From positions 1 through 24,503 of IMG/VR virus record IMGVR_UViG_3300020449_000183: 24,503 nucleotides of DNA. The stretch is one strand, 5' to 3'. The notes under the pieces are model-generated. The model was not told the DNA's origin. It did no database searches and saw only the letters and a program-made list of their open reading frames with translations. Of the stretch, positions 21,801 through 24,503 are shown in pieces. The position numbers were made by a program, and so were the translations under genes. Numbering within the stretch: position 1 is the stretch's first letter; each line of letters starts with the position of its first letter. Origin of the DNA: a virus. Lineage: Duplodnaviria; Caudoviricetes.

Positions 21801-23326
21801 CTGCTGTTGGAAGAAATGCAAGACTATCAATAGTCTCTATTGGTAATACTAATGAAATAATTCTGGACCAAATACAAGGCAATTTCGCTGTTGGTGCTGC
21901 TCAAACTTTATCTTATATTAACAATTCAGGTATTACAACTGAATTAAACTTTGAAAACGGTTTAGGTGGAGATGTTCAAGTTACCTCTAATAATGTTATA
22001 AGTGATGGTTTACATGTTAAAGTAAATCATAAGAATCATGGAATGTATTCTCATGAGAATAAAGTTACTCTTTCGGGAGCAATTTCTGATATCAAACCAA
22101 CAAAATTAAATGTTGCTTATAATGTAGATAGTACAGGTGGAATATCAGTTTCAGATCCTTCACAGTTCTTAGAGTTTGAAAATGTTGGTGTAGGAACCAC
22201 TAATGCAGGATATCTTAAGATTGAAAATGAAATTTTAGAATACCAGTCAGTATCTGGTAATTTGATTAATATTACTGGAGCAAGAGGTTCAGATAAGTTT
22301 AATTATCCTGTAGGAACTCCTGTTTATAAGTATGAACTTAATGGAGTAAGTTTACATAGGATCAATAGAACTCATGATGTATTATCTGTTCCTGATATTG
22401 ATTTTGAATCATATAATATTAAGATTGATATGTCTGATGAAGGTGTTGATAGAACTGTTGCTGGTTATCCTTTACTTTATGCAGGAAAAACTAAGTCTAC
22501 AGGTGGAGTAGAAGTAAGAGCAACTCAAAATATTCCTTTTGAAATTATTACTCCAGTTGTTGATAATATTACACTACCAAGAACTACTCTTACTGCAGAA
22601 GTACGGACTACTACTGGTATTAGTATTGATGGTGATGAGGATCAGTGGTTGGATGAGGGATTTGAATCTGTTTCGATTAATGAAACTAATTATCTAGAAA
22701 CTCCTAGATTAATTGGATCTAAAGTCAACGCAGATGAGTATTTGACACAAGTGAAAGGTAAAAAGTCATTGAATTTGAGATTAGCATTGTCTAGTGGAGA
22801 TTCTCGTATAAGTCCAGTAGTTGATTCTACCAGAATTAATACAATTCTTACTTCTAACAATATTAATCAACCTATTACTGATTATGCAAATGATAGTAGA
22901 GTTAATTCTCTTACAGATGATCCTAATGCGTGTCAGTATGTATCGCAAGAAATGATGTTAGAAAATGCTGCATCTTCAATCAAGATACTATTAGATGCTC
23001 ATGTGAATGAAAATGCTGATATTAGAGCATTCTATGCTATTAATAGTACTGAAGGAAAAGTTCCTATCTTTGTTCCTTTCCCTGGTTATAGTAATATTAA
23101 CCGTAAGGGTGAAATAATTGATAAGAGGAATAATGATGGTAAGTCTGATAAGAAAGTTATAAAGAGTAATACCTATGCTTTTGAAGATGTTGATTTTACG
23201 GAGTATACCTTTAGTGTTGATAACTTACCATCATTTAAGACTTATAGAATTAAGTTAGTAATGACTTCTACAAGTCAAGTTCATGTTCCGAGGGTCAAAG
23301 ATCTTAGGGTTCTAGCATTAGCTTGA
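15860..23326 (+). CDS. vrlC: VrlC-like / DUF4815 large virion structural protein (2488 aa)
   Basis: N-terminus TNLDVSPYFDDY..RVLFKPGYPVQARELTTLQSILQNQIEKFG, then APGADRLKI, LARRTYDESGDYYV, RFKSGFFVDNF, DPLAQTF, LFKSQNASTW..EDLKFTLYRA and C-terminal PRVKDLRVLALA. This is the typical gene after gp8 in T4-like cyanophages. Confidence 0.85.
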   Translation: MPQQTNLDVSPYFDDYNPADEFHRVLFKPGYPVQARELTTLQSILQNQIEKFGQHFFKDGAKVIPGNTSYNNDYRGIQLNNLYQGIPVAAYVDQLIGTKITGESSGVTAVVNKVLLDQDSENGNLTLYVTYIGSSTANNSTVTFADGEELSSDTTITSGLLGNTAISAGTPFGSTISADAAITGSSFSIQEGVYFVRGQFVQCQTGTLVLDQYSNNPSYRIGFFVNEEIITSDLDESLNDNSQGYNNYSAPGADRLKISLTLFKKSLTDEDDTNFIELGTVTDGVLKTIPRQGFGVGPNGGVFYEDLEDTLARRTYDESGDYYVKPFDVTLRESLNDNIGNRGLYQEGQITPMGGTPSDELMIYKISGGKAYVKGYEVGTPQPTILDAAKPRTTKIIKDEGILYNTGAALKVNRSFGAPIVGVGNTYVLSLQDQRTAANQTTAQGTEIGVARVYDYNLESGSYDAANANVNQWDISLYDVETYVTLTLNEGITLSTPTYIKGTKSGATGFLRTAASATNSLTLYGVNGEFIVEEPLLFPGKNEDGTSVSRVVTAVDVKSINDVKSIFGKVGGGNTFAADVIQSVGSFIGIGSITAASSGLSTITSTNELFPGTLVSVNNLLKFSNTAQSDDPTYGQVTAVGTNTVTIKAVADVNGVVNGNLPTASLQVTDLEVLTTELDASSDDTLFTVLPKPNIATVDNTKGSITIRKKFAVDIENGQLKSNTIPTTGTNETFLPFDEERYILIRSDGTTESLTANQFVFTGGTQLQIYGLGSDDQDATLLTAITKLKPTSKEKIKDRVNSIVVTKSTIGGSGINTSGIGNTTLNDGLEYGNYPWGTRVQDEVISLNTPDIIKVHGIFESSTTGDASAPTAVLSSLTSASTTTEEFIVGEQIVGQTSGAIAIVAEKLTASQISFIYENEKVFIEGEIVAAKESLIQGNVTTLESTSYDISKEFTYDSGQEGSFYNYGFLIRNSGVDAPTHKLKIYFMSASYDSTDTGDVTTVESYRNFNYSTEIPSVNGIRNSDIIDIRPRVSTYTVAENSRSPLEFDGRTFNGAGNSAGAMLQSDGSILTTYSYYQGRIDRIFANKEGVFQVVYGTPSDNPSRPLPVDDAIEIATVSLPPYLYDVSQSSIKFLEYKRYQMQDIHKLDTRIKNLEYYTALSLLETNTSNMFVSDSDGLNRFKSGFFVDNFSSFVAQETSEGVKNSIDPKRGELRASHYTTSIDLMTGPVEGVIPDQDKNFTTPEGVNIRKDNGIITLDYSEIEWIKQVFGTRTESVTPYVVSYWAGSLTLNPESDTWVDQTRLEARVINREGNFAETVAELSRTRGFDPQNGFGQTVWNSWETFWTGVGREVEEQHFIGNVRWSRRGNFRIGERVLARANFRDVENRQRRTGARMEVREQFDTVSQGDRTISRSLIPFMRSRNIEFSAKSLKPLTRIYAFFDSQSVSEFCVPKLIEINMIDGTFQVGETVRGVNLSNNSAGTGASNLITFRVAQANHREGEYNLPTKTYPDNPYTLQPLSSEYSSTSTLINVDTFSLANINQPEYSGYVQNQMILVGQSSGAQARVSNVRMVSDITSALQGSFFIPDTTVNPSAPRFETGNKLFRLTSDEENGLGSSTRGEEEYRAEGFHDVVQETIISTRNATVELNELTEERSQTRREQTTAWTNTNNWQTMARQRVGGDPLAQTFTVDDNTGIFITKCDVFFRTKDDMDVPVNFSIRTVVNGIPTTKMVPETEVILDPSDVNVSSDGSFATTFQFKSPVYLEPEQEYAIVLLSNSAKYEVYISRVGENDLITDSFVGQQPFLGSLFKSQNASTWEPSQWEDLKFTLYRADFLSDGTVEFYNPELSSGNGQVPLLEENSLSFTSRQSRVGLGTTIADGGLRVGNVVIQAGTNATGNLAGFAGTAIGLNIINPGIGYTPSSGTLGFTGVNLVTVTGGGRGATANITVTDGVIANAVITGTGGGGYQIGDVVGFNTLGVAAVGRNARLSIVSIGNTNEIILDQIQGNFAVGAAQTLSYINNSGITTELNFENGLGGDVQVTSNNVISDGLHVKVNHKNHGMYSHENKVTLSGAISDIKPTKLNVAYNVDSTGGISVSDPSQFLEFENVGVGTTNAGYLKIENEILEYQSVSGNLINITGARGSDKFNYPVGTPVYKYELNGVSLHRINRTHDVLSVPDIDFESYNIKIDMSDEGVDRTVAGYPLLYAGKTKSTGGVEVRATQNIPFEIITPVVDNITLPRTTLTAEVRTTTGISIDGDEDQWLDEGFESVSINETNYLETPRLIGSKVNADEYLTQVKGKKSLNLRLALSSGDSRISPVVDSTRINTILTSNNINQPITDYANDSRVNSLTDDPNACQYVSQEMMLENAASSIKILLDAHVNENADIRAFYAINSTEGKVPIFVPFPGYSNINRKGEIIDKRNNDGKSDKKVIKSNTYAFEDVDFTEYTFSVDNLPSFKTYRIKLVMTSTSQVHVPRVKDLRVLALA

Positions 23327-23327
23327 T

Positions 23328-23546
23328 ATGCAGAATGTAAAAAACAATAGGGATCTTGCGAGAGATCCCAAAACAAATTCTATTGTTAATGTGAATGATT
23401 TGGAATATCAAAAGTATATTTCTAGTCGTTCTGTTAAACAAAAAAAGAATGAAAGTCTTGATAGTATGAAAAATGATCTTGATAATATGAAAAATGAAAT
23501 GAACGAAATCAAATCACTACTTAAGGAATTAGTCAATGGCAACTAG
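23328..23546 (+). CDS. Small phage protein with C-terminal coiled coil (72 aa)
   Basis: Starts 1 nt after the vrlC stop. LARDPKTNSIVN motif followed by heptads LDSMKND-LDNMKNE-MNEIKSL-LKELVN. It overlaps the next gene by 11 nt. Confidence 0.8.
   Translation: MQNVKNNRDLARDPKTNSIVNVNDLEYQKYISSRSVKQKKNESLDSMKNDLDNMKNEMNEIKSLLKELVNGN
23457..23498 (+). repeat. 21-bp tandem duplication encoding one coiled-coil heptad
   Basis: CTTGATAGTATGAAAAATGAT / CTTGATAATATGAAAAATGAA, 19/21 identical. Confidence 0.8.
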
Positions 23547-23925
23547 AAAAATAACATTTGATCCAGATGCAGGAGTACCAGTTGCTTCTAATTTGACCAT
23601 TTATGGTGGTACGGATTTTAATACAACATTTAATGTAGTTGATGTTGCTAACGCTGGATACGGTTTTACTGCTGGTTGGGGTGTTTCCTCACAAATGATA
23701 AAAAGTTCTGGTATAGGAGCAACAACTGTCCCTACAGCAAGTTTTATTGCTGGTATTAATACTATTACAAATCAAATAACAATAAATTTACCAAAGGCAC
23801 TCACTGGTATCATAACTGAAGGAAGATATGAGTATAATGTTTTAGTAAGTTCTGGAGTAGGTACTGTTTATAATATAGTAAACGGTAATATACTGGTATA
23901 TTCAGGCATATCATCAGCACCATAA
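23536..23925 (+). CDS. Small virion-associated beta-sandwich protein (129 aa), possibly LtfC/p132/BppU-like adaptor
   Basis: The pattern NLTIYGGTDF..F..SQMIKS..ITINL..T..GRYEYNVLV..IVNGNILV resembles the small phage Ig-like family NLxIxQGxDF...GRYxYDV...EGxxxV. The fold assignment is inference. Confidence 0.7.
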   Translation: MATRKITFDPDAGVPVASNLTIYGGTDFNTTFNVVDVANAGYGFTAGWGVSSQMIKSSGIGATTVPTASFIAGINTITNQITINLPKALTGIITEGRYEYNVLVSSGVGTVYNIVNGNILVYSGISSAP

Positions 23926-23928
23926 ATA
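23921..23928 (+). promoter_or_regulatory. T4-type late promoter box CATAAATA overlapping the stop codon of the 129-aa gene
   Basis: 7/8 match to TATAAATA, 22 nt before the gp13 ATG, followed by a purine-rich GAAGGGG (23933-23939) that could act as an RBS. Confidence 0.8.
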
Positions 23929-23950
23929 TATTGAAGGGGTACTATTCTCA

Positions 23951-24503
23951 ATGGCACAACCAGCAAGTAGATCAGACTTAATAAATTATGCTAAGAGGCA
24001 GTTAGGTGCTCCTGTGCTGGAGATTAATGTCGCTGATGAACAAGTAGAGGATATCTTAGATGATTCTATCCAATACTTTCAGGAAAGGCATTTTGATGGC
24101 GTAGAACGCACTTATTTGAAGTATAAGTTGACTGAGGAAGATGTTAAAAGAGGAACTGCAAATCTTGGTGAAAATACAAATAATGCAGCAGGTATAACAA
24201 CCATGACTGCAGAAACCACTATTAATGGTTCTGCAATTCAATTTGATTGGTCAGAAAATAGTAATTATTTACAAGTACCACCAGAGGTTATAGGAGTATA
24301 TAAGATATTTCATTATGATGGCACTAACACTGCTACTAATAATATGTTCAGTGTTAAGTATCAGTTATTCTTAAATGACATTTATTATTGGGGATCGACT
24401 GAGATATTAACTTATGCAATGACAAGAAGATATCTAGAGGATATTAACTTCCTATTAACAACAGAGAAGCAAATAAGATTTAATCAGAGAATGGATAGAT
24501 TGT
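23951..24503 (+). CDS. gp13: Neck protein gp13 (3'-truncated; absent from the supplied ORF track)
   Basis: My translation: MAQPASRSDLINYAKRQLGAPVLEINVADEQVEDILDDSIQYFQERHFDGVERTYLKYKL...FSVKYQLFLNDIYYW...KQIRFNQRMDRL. The frame is open to the window end and LGAPVLEINV..Q..D..QYF.E.HFDG is the gp13 signature. Confidence 0.93.
   Translation, partial: MAQPASRSDLINYAKRQLGAPVLEINVADEQVEDILDDSIQYFQERHFDGVERTYLKYKLTEEDVKRGTANLGENTNNAAGITTMTAETTINGSAIQFDWSENSNYLQVPPEVIGVYKIFHYDGTNTATNNMFSVKYQLFLNDIYYWGSTEILTYAMTRRYLEDINFLLTTEKQIRFNQRMDRL

Larger units (their letters stand above)
1..24503 (+). mobile_element. T4-like myophage (cyanophage-type) genome segment: baseplate-to-neck late structural gene module
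   Basis: Contiguous co-oriented gp6-gp7-gp8-VrlC-small ORFs-gp13 with gaps of at most about 30 nt, T4-type late promoter boxes and no cellular genes. This order is established for marine T4-like cyanophages. Confidence 0.93.

Noticed and set aside
928-23326. Intein/Hint domain, homing endonuclease or intron explaining the giant ORFs
   Set aside because: I recognised no intein terminal motifs or LAGLIDADG, HNH or GIY-YIG motifs. The frames are uninterrupted and the size is explained by structural repeats.
23931-23951. Hairpin sequestering the gp13 RBS (TTGA...TCAA)
   Set aside because: It has only 4 consecutive Watson-Crick pairs plus wobble pairs, too weak to support.
14511-24241. Short ORFs inside gp8, vrlC and gp13 (14511, 18872, 19826, 21300, 21418, 24056)
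   Set aside because: They overlap well-supported genes and have shadow-frame composition. The 24056-24241 ORF is antisense to gp13.
1-24503. Diversity-generating retroelement, invertible cassette or CRISPR-like array
   Set aside because: I saw no reverse transcriptase or recombinase, no near-identical 100+ bp repeat pair and no regularly spaced DNA repeats. A dot-plot would be needed to exclude a template repeat, which could also lie outside the window.

Overview
An AT-rich, gene-dense, all-plus-strand late structural module of a T4-like myovirus. The gene order and protein styles match marine T4-like cyanophages; the host assignment is inference. Order: 3' end of baseplate wedge gp6, a giant 4445-aa gp7-type wedge protein, gp8, a 2488-aa VrlC/DUF4815-type virion protein, a 72-aa coiled-coil protein, a 129-aa beta-sandwich protein and the 5' part of neck protein gp13. 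Three T4-type late promoter boxes (NATAAATA) are present. I saw no RNA genes, CRISPR arrays, introns, inteins or IS elements. The most unusual signals are at protein level: (i) a short G-[IVLF]-[GSTA]-T motif is strongly over-represented and recurs in unrelated virion proteins, a candidate virion-wide modification or assembly signal; (ii) gp7 appears to have grown by nested domain-in-domain insertions, including a His/Cys/YPR repeat cassette and a split YHYH-like domain. All family assignments come from motif recognition and synteny, not database searches, and all counts were made by eye.
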